A DNA stretch of 36,395 nucleotides from Myxococcota bacterium (GTDB taxonomy: Bacteria > Myxococcota_A > Polyangia > Polyangiales > Sandaracinaceae). The stretch covers positions 1 through 36,395 of the forward strand of contig JAYZQJ010000144.1 of the NCBI GenBank assembly GCA_036149055.1, written 5' to 3'. Positions 9,127-17,600 of the stretch are shown here, in pieces; position 1 is the first letter of the stretch; each line of letters opens with the position of its first letter. Both the position numbers and the translations under genes were made by a program. The notes beneath the pieces are model-generated. The model was not told where the DNA came from. It ran no database searches and saw nothing but the letters and a program-made list of their open reading frames with translations.

Positions 9127-11025
9127 TCAGGGCTCCTCGAACGCGTTCTCGAGGGCGTCGCGCTCGGCGTCGGCGGCGTCCACCGGGGGCGGGCGGCGGT
9201 GGAAGGTCCGGTAGATCGTCTCGGCCTGCCGCCGGTTCGCGCCGGCCGCGCAGAGCTCGTCCACCTCGGCCTGGGTGATGGCCTTGAGGGTGCCGAGCTT
9301 CTTCAGCAGAGCGGCGCGCGTCTTCGGTCCGACGCCGGGGATGTCGTCGAGGCCGCTCTTGAGCCGCCGCCGCTTGCCGACCTTCACCCGGAGCTGGTTG
9401 CTCCGCCGGTGCGCCTCGTCGCGGGCCAGGGTCAGCAGGTGCCGCGGCGCGCTGCGCTCGGGGAGCACGATCGCGTTCTTCTGGCCGGGCAGGAAGACGC
9501 GCTCGACCGCGGTGGTCTCGCCGCCCGCGCTCCGCTCTTTCGCCAGCCCCGCGAGGTTCAGGCCGGTGATGCCGAGGTCGCGCGCGGCCGCGAGGGCCAC
9601 GTTGAGCTGCCCCTTGCCGCCGTCGACCACGAAGAGGTCCGGCAGCTCCCAGCCCGCCTCCTCGTCGCGCCCGCGCTTGAACCGGCGCGCGAGCACCTCG
9701 TACATCGCCCCGTAGTCGTCGCCGCCCGACGCCTTCTTCACCCGGAAGGATCGGTAGCGGCTCTTGTCGAGCTCGCCGTCCGTGATCGCGGTGATGGCGG
9801 CCACCGTGTCGGTCCCGCCGATGTGGGAGACGTCCACGCACTCGATCCGCCGCGGCAGGATCGGCAACCGGAGCTTGCGCTGGAGCTGCCCGAGCCGCTC
9901 CTCGAGGTTCTCCTTCGCCCGCGCCTTCTCCCGGTAGGCGTGCTCGGCGTTCTCGTGGGCCATCTCGAGCAGGCGCACGCGCGCCCCGCGCTGGGGCACG
10001 AGCACCCGCATCTTCCGGCCGCGCTCCTCGGCGAGCCACGCCTCCATGCCCTCGGACGCCTCGACCTCGAGCGGCAGGAGCAGCTCGTCCGGGATCGACC
10101 CGCCGAGCCGGTAGTACTCGCTGACGAAGCTGGCGACGAGCTCGTCGTCGGGCAGCGTCATGCCCGTCAGGTCGAAGGTGCGCACCTGCTTGAGGTGGCC
10201 GTCGCGGACCTCGAGGAGCGCCACCTCGACCTGGTCGCCCGCGCGGTGGAAGCCGATCACGTCCTGATCGACCGCCTTCACCGTCGCGATGCGCTGGGTG
10301 GTGCGCACCCGCTCGACCGCGCGCAGCTGGTCGCGGTAGACGGCCGCCTGCTCGTAGTCCTGCGCCCCCGCCGCGCCGCGCATGCGCCGCTCGAGATCAT
10401 CGACGAGCTGGTCGTGCTTGCCCTCGAGGAAGAGCCCGGCGAGGTCCACCTGCGCGCCGTAGGCGTCGCGGTCCACGTCCTTCACGCAGGGCGCCGGGCA
10501 GCGCTTGATCTGGTACTGGAGGCAGGGCCGCACCCGGGCGCGGAAGTCGGTGTCGCGGCAGGTCCGCAGCTTGAAGAAGCGGTTGATCTGCCGGAGCGTC
10601 TGGCGGGCGCTCGTCGCCGAGTCGTAGGGGCCGTAGTAGCGCGCGCCGTCGGGCTTCGGCCGCCGCACGACGCTCAGGCGAGGCCACCGATCCTCGGGCT
10701 GGATGCGGATCGAGAGGAAGTCCTTGTCGTCCCGCAGCTTGACGTTGTAGCGGGGCTGGTGCTGCTTGATGAGCTCGTTCTCGAGCAGCGCCGCCTCCTT
10801 CTCGTTGCCGACCACGAAGGTCTCGAGGTCGCCGATCTCCCGCTCGAGGTGGGCGATGAAGAAGCGGTCGTCGCTGCTGCCGGGCTGGAAGTAGCTCCGC
10901 ACCCGGCTTCGCAGGCTCCGCGCCTTGCCGACGTAGAGCACCCCGCCCGCGCGGTCCTTGAACAGGTAGACGCCGGGCGCCACCGGGAGCCCATCGAGCT
11001 TCTGCCGTACGACCTCGGGGAGCAT
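9127..11025 (-). CDS. uvrC: Excinuclease ABC subunit C
   Basis: GIY-YIG 'PGVYLFKD..VLYVGKARSLRSRVRSYF'; UVR domain; 'RIECVDVSH', 'PDLFVVDGGKGQL', 'RDEAHR'; HhH 'LDDIPGVGPK'. Confidence 0.98.
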   Translation of the reverse strand: MLPEVVRQKLDGLPVAPGVYLFKDRAGGVLYVGKARSLRSRVRSYFQPGSSDDRFFIAHLEREIGDLETFVVGNEKEAALLENELIKQHQPRYNVKLRDDKDFLSIRIQPEDRWPRLSVVRRPKPDGARYYGPYDSATSARQTLRQINRFFKLRTCRDTDFRARVRPCLQYQIKRCPAPCVKDVDRDAYGAQVDLAGLFLEGKHDQLVDDLERRMRGAAGAQDYEQAAVYRDQLRAVERVRTTQRIATVKAVDQDVIGFHRAGDQVEVALLEVRDGHLKQVRTFDLTGMTLPDDELVASFVSEYYRLGGSIPDELLLPLEVEASEGMEAWLAEERGRKMRVLVPQRGARVRLLEMAHENAEHAYREKARAKENLEERLGQLQRKLRLPILPRRIECVDVSHIGGTDTVAAITAITDGELDKSRYRSFRVKKASGGDDYGAMYEVLARRFKRGRDEEAGWELPDLFVVDGGKGQLNVALAAARDLGITGLNLAGLAKERSAGGETTAVERVFLPGQKNAIVLPERSAPRHLLTLARDEAHRRSNQLRVKVGKRRRLKSGLDDIPGVGPKTRAALLKKLGTLKAITQAEVDELCAAGANRRQAETIYRTFHRRPPPVDAADAERDALENAFEEP

Positions 11026-11049
11026 GGTCCGCGGAGGGTAGCGCCGACG

Positions 11050-11083
11050 GAACGCGAACGCCCCCGACCGGAGCCGAGGGCGT
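11050..11083 (-). terminator. Probable intrinsic terminator after the sigma factor gene
   Basis: Minus-strand ACGCCCTCGGC-TCCG-GTCGGGGGCGT stem (G:U pairs) with a weak TCGCGTT tail. Confidence 0.55.
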
Positions 11084-11112
11084 CGAAGGGATTCGAGCGT
11101 TCGGTCAGGGGT

Positions 11113-11775
11113 TCAGGCCGCCTCCGCCAGGCGGCTGTTGAGGTGCTCCACCGCGCGCTTCTGCAGCTGGCAGACGCGCGACTCGCTGATGCCCATGCGG
11201 CGGCCGATCTCCTTGAGCGGCAGGCCCTGGAAGAGGCCCAGCTCGAGCGCCTGACGCTGGCGCTTCGGCAGGATGCCGAGGGCCTGGATGAGCTGCTCGC
11301 GCTGGTGGTTGGCGTGCGCCTGCTCGTCGGCGAGCATGTTGCGGTCGTCGACGAGGCGGGCCGAGAGCGGCTCCTCGTAGCTGGCGGCGGCGTCCATCGA
11401 CACCAGGCGACGCGCGGCGATCGCGCGGCCCTTCCGCTCCTCGTCGCCGGTGGTCTTGCCGGCGGCGTGCTTCACGACCAGCCGCATCTCGTCGCGGCTG
11501 CGGGGGTCCAGCCGGCGGATCGCGTCGATCATGCGCTGGCGGATGCGGGTGCGGACCCAGGTCTGCTCCTGGATCCCGTAGCCCTGGTAGCTCGAGAGCG
11601 CCTCGAGCACCGCGACGCGACCCTCGGCGTGGAGGTCCTCCTCGTCGAGCGCGCGGCCGGCCGAGGCCAGGGGTCGAAGACGGCGCGCCATCGCGCGGAC
11701 CAGGCCTTCGTACTTCTCGAGCGCCTCGCGGGCGTCGGCGTTCTTCCAGGAAACCTTCTTCTCTCGCTTCGCCAT
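11113..11775 (-). CDS. sigma70-family sigma factor, FliA/WhiG-like (compact)
   Basis: Region 2 'EDLHAEGRVAVLEA..RIRQRMIDAIRRLD'; region 4 'LKEIGRRMGISESRVCQL'; GGAGG SD before the ATG at 11775. Confidence 0.88.
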   Translation of the reverse strand: MAKREKKVSWKNADAREALEKYEGLVRAMARRLRPLASAGRALDEEDLHAEGRVAVLEALSSYQGYGIQEQTWVRTRIRQRMIDAIRRLDPRSRDEMRLVVKHAAGKTTGDEERKGRAIAARRLVSMDAAASYEEPLSARLVDDRNMLADEQAHANHQREQLIQALGILPKRQRQALELGLFQGLPLKEIGRRMGISESRVCQLQKRAVEHLNSRLAEAA

Positions 11776-11810
11776 GATGTCCTCCAAATCCCTTCGCGGT
11801 TCTTCCCTTC

Positions 11811-11826
11811 TTCAATCGACGTGCCA
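11811..11826 (-). promoter_or_regulatory. sigma54-type -24/-12 promoter of the sigma factor gene
   Basis: TGGCAC-GTCGA-TTGA versus consensus TGGCAC-N5-TTGC; correct GG-N10 spacing; about 35 nt upstream of the ATG. Confidence 0.7.
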
Positions 11827-11927
11827 GCGATGCGCAGGTCGGGGACAGTCAGAAAAATGACAGGTGATCCCGGGGGGTTGCGCCCCTACGGCCGAACCCG
11901 GCCAGTTTTGAACCCCTGTTCGAATGT

Positions 11928-12001
11928 GTGCGGTTCAGTGCGGTATCGATCGAGATCGCTTGAACGTGTCCGCGCGATAGCGCACGGTTTCGCACGGTTT
12001 C
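11928..12001. promoter_or_regulatory. Tandem 10-bp direct repeats, candidate enhancer (UAS) for a sigma54 activator
   Basis: GTGCGGTTCA/GTGCGGTATC (11928-11947) and GCACGGTTTC x2 (11982-12001), about 100-175 bp upstream of the -24 box. Confidence 0.5.
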
Positions 12002-12080
12002 GAGCGCATCGGATCGAGACCGAGGTGATCGCTCGTCTCTTTTCGGCGCAGGCCCTCCAGCCCCGGGCCCGGCGGCCGTT

Positions 12081-13568
12081 CTATCTCAGGCCGTACTTGC
12101 TGAGCCGGCGCAGGACCTGGTAGCGCGAGAGGCCCAGCTGGCGCGCGGCGGCCGAGACGTTCCCCCCGGTGGCCTCGAGTGCCTCGACCAGGCGGCGCTT
12201 CTCCTCGGCGGCGTGGGCCTCGCGGATCGCGGCGAGATCGGGCGGGGCCCCGGCGCGCGCCGGGCTCGGAGGCGCGCTCTCCGGAGGACGGTGCAGCGGC
12301 GCCGGTGGCTGGGGCGGCTGCGAGTCCCCCAGCTGCAGCCCGGGCGGCGGCGCGCTCTCCATCGGCGGGGCGAACACGCTCTTCGGGGGCTCCCAGCCGC
12401 TGGCCACCTTGGTCAGGACCGGGAAGGCCTCGAGGGTGATGGTGTCCCCCGGGCTGAGCAGCACCGCCTGCTCCACCATGTTCCGGAGCTCCCGCACGTT
12501 GCCCGGGAAGGGGTAGCGGGACATCGCCTCCAGCACCTCGGCGTCGAAGGCCGGCTCGTCCCGCCCGAGGGTCCGCGCCCGCTCCTGGGCGAAGTGGGTG
12601 GCGAGCAGGAAGATGTCGTCCCCGCGCTCGCGGAGCGGCGGCACCTCCACCACGAACACCTCGAGCCGGTAGCGCAGGTCGGCCCGGAAGCGGCCCTCGG
12701 CCACCGCGCGGGAGAGATCGCGGTTCGTCGCCGCGATGATGCGGGCCTCGAGCCGGCGCGGCTTGGTGCTGCCCACGCGGGTGAACTCGCGCTCCTCGAG
12801 CAGCCGCAGGAGCTTGGCCTGCATCGGCAGCTCCAGCTCGCCGATCTCGTCGAGGAAGAGGGTGCCCCGGGCCGCCGCCTCGACCCGGCCGGTCTTGCTG
12901 TGGGTCGCGCCGCTGAAGGCCCCCTTCTCGTGGCCGAACAGCTCGCTCTCGACCAGGGTGGCGGGGATCGTCGTGCAGTCGACCGCCACGAAGGGCTCGT
13001 AGGCCCGGCCGCTCTTGGCGTGGACCAGCCGCGCGATGACGCCCTTGCCGGTCCCCGTCTCGCCGACCACGAAGGCGGTCGTGTCGTCCGACTTGGCCAG
13101 GGCGTCGAGCCGGCTCCGGAGCCGCCGCATCGCCGCGCTCTCCCCGAGCATGCCGCCGTCGCCGCCGTCGGTGGCCCCCGCCTCCACCACCCGACGACGC
13201 AGCCGGGCGACGTCGACCGCCCGCTCCACCCGCATCGTCCACTCGGCGGGCTCGAGGTCCTTGGCCACGTAGTCGAACGCGCCGCGGCGGATGGCGTCGA
13301 CCGCGAGGCTGAGGTCCGGGTAGGCGGTGTTGAGCAGGAACACGGCCCCGGTCGCCTTGGGGCGCAGCTCCTCGAGCAGGTCGAGCCCGGTCGCGTCCGG
13401 GAGCTGGTAGTCGAGGATGACGACCTCGGGTGACGCGGCGTCGAAGCGCGCCCTGGCCTCGGTGGCCGAGCCGACCGTGGTCACCTCGTGGCCGCCTCGC
13501 TCCAGCGTCCGGCGCAGGGTGCGCGCGTAGACGGGATCGTCGTCGACCACCAGGAAGCGCGCGCTCAT
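12081..13568 (-). CDS. sigma54-dependent response regulator (REC-AAA+-Fis HTH, NtrC family)
   Basis: REC 'LVVDDD..ILDYQLPD'; 'GETGTGK', 'ESELFGHEKGAFSGA', 'GTLFLDEIGEL', 'FPGNVRELRN'; HTH 'GNVSAAARQLGLSR'; ATGA overlap with ygfA. Confidence 0.95.
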   Translation of the reverse strand: MSARFLVVDDDPVYARTLRRTLERGGHEVTTVGSATEARARFDAASPEVVILDYQLPDATGLDLLEELRPKATGAVFLLNTAYPDLSLAVDAIRRGAFDYVAKDLEPAEWTMRVERAVDVARLRRRVVEAGATDGGDGGMLGESAAMRRLRSRLDALAKSDDTTAFVVGETGTGKGVIARLVHAKSGRAYEPFVAVDCTTIPATLVESELFGHEKGAFSGATHSKTGRVEAAARGTLFLDEIGELELPMQAKLLRLLEEREFTRVGSTKPRRLEARIIAATNRDLSRAVAEGRFRADLRYRLEVFVVEVPPLRERGDDIFLLATHFAQERARTLGRDEPAFDAEVLEAMSRYPFPGNVRELRNMVEQAVLLSPGDTITLEAFPVLTKVASGWEPPKSVFAPPMESAPPPGLQLGDSQPPQPPAPLHRPPESAPPSPARAGAPPDLAAIREAHAAEEKRRLVEALEATGGNVSAAARQLGLSRYQVLRRLSKYGLR

Positions 13569-14164
13569 CCGATCCGCAGCACCTTCTGATCGGTCACGAT
13601 GGCGTGCACGGGCGCGTCGGTGTCGACGTTCGGGACCTCGGCGATCTGCTCGAAGTCGAACACGAGCGCGACCCGGAACGCGTTCTCCAGGCGCGGCAGC
13701 AGGCGATCGTAGAACCCCTTGCCGAACCCCACCCGGTGGCCGCGGTCGTCGACGGCGAGCGCCGGCACCAGCACCAGGTCCACCGCCGCGTCCTCGACGG
13801 TCGGCGCGTCCTGGGGCGGCTGGAGGAACATCATGCCGCTCTCCTCGAGCGCGGTCTCCGGCGTCCAGCGGGCCAGCTCGAGCGCGCCCCAGTCGGTGCG
13901 CGAGAGGCGGGTGGTCGCGACCTCCTTGCCGGCCGCCCAGGCCGCCTCGACCGCGGGCCGCGTCTGCACCTCGCGCGGCATCGACACGAACGCGAGCACG
14001 GTCCGCGCGCGCTCCCACTCGGGCAGACCGATCAGCCGCTCGCAGAGGGCGGCCGACCGGCGCTCGCGGGCGTCTCTGGGCAGGGCGCGTCGGGTGGCGA
14101 GGCGGCGGGTCCGGATCTCCGCCTTCACCTGCGCGCGGATCGAGGCCTCGTCGGGCGGCTCCAT
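13565..14164 (-). CDS. ygfA: 5-formyltetrahydrofolate cyclo-ligase
   Basis: 'DLVLVPALAVDDRGHRVGFGKGFYDRLL'; alternative ATG at 14176. Confidence 0.93.
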   Translation of the reverse strand: MEPPDEASIRAQVKAEIRTRRLATRRALPRDARERRSAALCERLIGLPEWERARTVLAFVSMPREVQTRPAVEAAWAAGKEVATTRLSRTDWGALELARWTPETALEESGMMFLQPPQDAPTVEDAAVDLVLVPALAVDDRGHRVGFGKGFYDRLLPRLENAFRVALVFDFEQIAEVPNVDTDAPVHAIVTDQKVLRIG

Positions 14165-14195
14165 GGCCGGGAGCATAACGCGCCCGATCCCGGGG

Positions 14196-14489
14196 TCACC
14201 GCTCGAGGCGCTCGTCGATCCGGTGGATCGCCTGCTCGACCGCGCGCCGGGTCACCTGCTCCACCTCGCGGCGGCGCACCTCGGCGCTGCGCAGGTCGTC
14301 GGCGAGGCCGAGGGCCACCACCGCGAGCAGCTGGGCCGGCGTGGCGGTGCGCGCGGCCTTGGGTCCGAGCGCGTCGATGCGCTCGTTGATCATCTCGGCG
14401 AGCGCGAGGAGGTGCTCCTCCTCCGCGTCGGAGGTCATCCGGTACTTCGCGCCGGCGATCTCGAGGGTGACGGTACGTTTCTCGGGCAC
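14196..14489 (-). CDS. zapA: Cell division protein ZapA
   Basis: 'VTLEIAGAKYRM..EEHLLALAEMINERI..LAVVALGLADDL' plus coiled coil; synteny with ygfA. Confidence 0.85.
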   Translation of the reverse strand: MPEKRTVTLEIAGAKYRMTSDAEEEHLLALAEMINERIDALGPKAARTATPAQLLAVVALGLADDLRSAEVRRREVEQVTRRAVEQAIHRIDERLER

Positions 14490-14501
14490 GGAGGCAGGCC
14501 G

Positions 14502-14531
14502 ACGGTAATCGTGTCGATCGCGACGCGTCAA
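14502..14531 (-). promoter_or_regulatory. Candidate sigma70 promoter for zapA
   Basis: TTGACG-N18-TACCGT on the minus strand, 12 nt before the GTG. Confidence 0.5.
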
Positions 14532-14614
14532 GCGGTGGGGCGTGTTACCCTCCTCGTCCCGAAGGGCAGCGGTCCACGGAGGCCGTCGCCGGCTCGAGAA
14601 CGACCGACTCACGC

Positions 14615-17600
14615 ATGCAAGTCGCCTGTCCCTCCTGCTCCGCCGAGTACCCCGTCGACGAGCGCCGGCTGCCCGCCAGCGGTCTGAAGATGCGGTGTCC
14701 CAAGTGCGGCGCCCGCTTCCACGTCCACCCGGACGGCCGCGTCGACGCGGCCGAGAGCGGCGCCGCGGCCGCCGGTCCCAAGAAGGGCAGCTTCCCGAAG
14801 CCGGGGGGCGCCGCGCCGCCGAAGCCGCCGTCGATCCCGAAGCCCGGCGCGCGCAAGCCGCCGAGCGGCGCGTTCGACGCGGATCTCCCGGCGCCGAAGG
14901 CGAAGACGCGGCCGCTCGCGCCCGACTTCGGGGCCGATCTCCCGGCGCCGAAGAAGAGGCCGCTCGCGCCCCCGGTCCCGGGCGCCAAGAAGCCGCTCGC
15001 GCCGCCGCCCGGCGGGCTGGACCTCGACCTCCCGGCGCCCCGCAGCGCTCGGCCGAAGCCGCCGGCCCCGGAGCTGGACCTCGATCTGCCCGCGCCCAAG
15101 TCGGCCCGGCCGAAGATCGCGCCGCCCGCGCCGGATCTCGACCTCGACCTGCCCGCGCCGAAGTCGGCCCGGCCCGCGAAGAAGGCGCCGATCGCGCCGC
15201 CGCTCGACGACCTCGACCTGCCTGCGCCCAGGGGAGCTGCGCCCAGGGGAGCCGCCCCCAGGGGAGCCGCGCCCAGGGGTGCCGCCGCCGAGGACGACGG
15301 GCTCGATCTCCCGGCCCCGCGCAAGGCGGCCGCGTTCGACGACGGGCTGGACCTGCCGGCGCCCCGCGGCGCCAAGCCGACCCCGGCCGCGACGCCGGCC
15401 GCGTCCGACGACTTCGAGCTCGATCTCCCGGCCCCGCGCGGCAAGACGCCGGCGCCGGACCTGGATCTGCCGGCGCCCCGCGCCGCGCGGTCCGCGGACC
15501 CGCTCGACGATCTCGACCTCCCGGCCCCGAAGGGGTCCGCGGCGGGCGGGGGCGCGTTCGGGGACCTGGACCTGCCGGCGCCCCGCAGCGAGCCCAAGCC
15601 CGCGCTCGCCGACGACTCGCGCACCCCCTTCGACGACCTGGACTTGCCGGCTCCGCGCTCCGGGGCTTCGAGCGACGGCGGCGTGGACCTCCCCGCGGCC
15701 AAGGGCTTCGGGGGCGTCGACCTCCCGCAGCCGAAGACGAAGTCGGTCATCGAGGAGGCGGACGAGGCGTTCGGCGACCTCGACCTCCCGATGCCCAAGT
15801 CGGTCCGCCCCGGCGCCGACGACGGCTTCGGGGACCTCGATCTGCCGACGCCGAAGGGCGCCTCGGATCTGCCGGCCCCGAAGGGGGGCGGCTTCGGGGA
15901 CCTGGACCTGCCGACGCCGAAGGGCGCCTCGGATCTGCCGGCGCCCAAGGACGACGGCTTCGGCGACCTCGACCTGCCCACGCCGCGCTCGGACCTCCCG
16001 ATGCCCAAGGGCGGCGCCGGCTTCGAGGACCTCGACCTGCCCGTGCCGCGGGGCGCGTCCGATCTGCCCGCGCCGGCCGATCAGGCCGATCTCCCGGTGG
16101 CCGCCGGGGCGAGCGATCTCCCCGCGCTCGGCGGCGACTTCGACGACCTCGCGCTCCCCGAGCCGCGCTCGCTCCCGCCCGGGCCCGCGCCCGAGGCGCT
16201 CGACGCGTCCGAGGAGGATCTCCGCGACGCCGCCGGGCGCTCGGGGCTCGGCGGGACCGCGTTCGGCGAGCTCGACCTCGGCGATGGCGGCGACGCCGAC
16301 GACATGGAGTTCGCCGACATCCCGCAGGAGGGCGCCTCGGCGCCGGCCGAGGGGCGGGACTCCCTCCCGCCCCCGCGGGTGGTCGCTCAGAAGAAGAAGG
16401 ACCTCAAGGGGCCGGCGAAGCCGAAGAAGAGCCGGGCGGTGCTCGTCGTCGCCGCGGTGCTGGGCCTGCTCGTCGCCGCCGGCGTCGGGCTCGGGTTCAC
16501 GCCGTACGGCTACTTCGGCGTCTACTTCTTCGACCAGTTCATGCCCGGCGCCGGCGACCCGGCCCAGGTCCGCAGCACCATCGCCTCGGCCGAAGAGCTC
16601 GCGGCGAGCGACCGCTGGGCCGACGTGCGTCGCTCGATGATCGCGCTCGGGCGGGCCCGCAACCAGGCCGGCCTGAACCGGGAGCTGCTCGCCCGCAGCC
16701 TCGTGCACGAGGCGCTCTTCCAGCTCCGCTTCGACGACGCCAGCGACAGCGGCCGCGCCTCGCAGATCATGCAGCGGCTCGAGGAGCGGGGCTCGATGGA
16801 GGACCCCGAGATGGCGCTCGCGCGGGCCGCCCACCTCGCGCGGACCCGGAACCCCGCCGCCGCCGCGCAGCTCGCCCGCGCCCGCGCCCACGCCCCGACC
16901 GATCCCTACGTCGACCTCATCGCCGGGGAGCTGGCCCTCGCGGGCGGCGACGCGGCGGGCGCGCTCGAGGCGTTCCAGGCCGCGGTCGAGAAGGGCGGCG
17001 CGACCCGAGCCCTCTGGGGCGTGGCCCGCGCGCGGCTGGCGATGGGCGACGAGGCGGCGCCGGAGGCGATCGCGGCCGTGCTCGAGGCGACGCCGACCCA
17101 CGGCGAGGCGATGGTGGTGCAGGCGACCCTGCGCCTCGAGGCGGGAGAGACCGAGGAGGCGACCCGCCTCGCCCTCCAGGTGACCGGCCGCGAGCCGGTG
17201 GGCGAGGAGCGGCTCTGGTCGTCTCCGGCCGCCCGCGCGCGCGCCTGGACCCTGCTCGGCCGGGTGCAGGAGCAGCGAGGGCGCGTCACCCAGGCGCTCG
17301 CGCACTACGATGACGCCCTCGCGGCCCGCGACGCGCACGTCCCGGCGCTCCTCGGGGCCGGCCGGGTGCTGCTCGGCGATCGGCCGGGCGACGCGCTCGT
17401 CCGCTTCGAGTCGGTGCTCCAGGCCGAAGGCGCGGCGGAGATGCAGGTCGCGAGCGGCCGCACGGCGCAGCACGAGGCCCAGCTCGGCGCGGCCCGGGCG
17501 ATGCTGGCCCTCGACCGCGTGCAGGAGGCCAAGGCCACCCTCGAGACCCTGGCGACCGCGCGCGAAGACGACGCCGAGGTCCTGCTCTGGCTCGGCCGGG

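Noticed and set aside
14882..16131. Repeat-spacer pattern resembling a CRISPR array
   Set aside because: Repeats are in-frame peptide motifs with synonymous variation and irregular spacers; no cas genes
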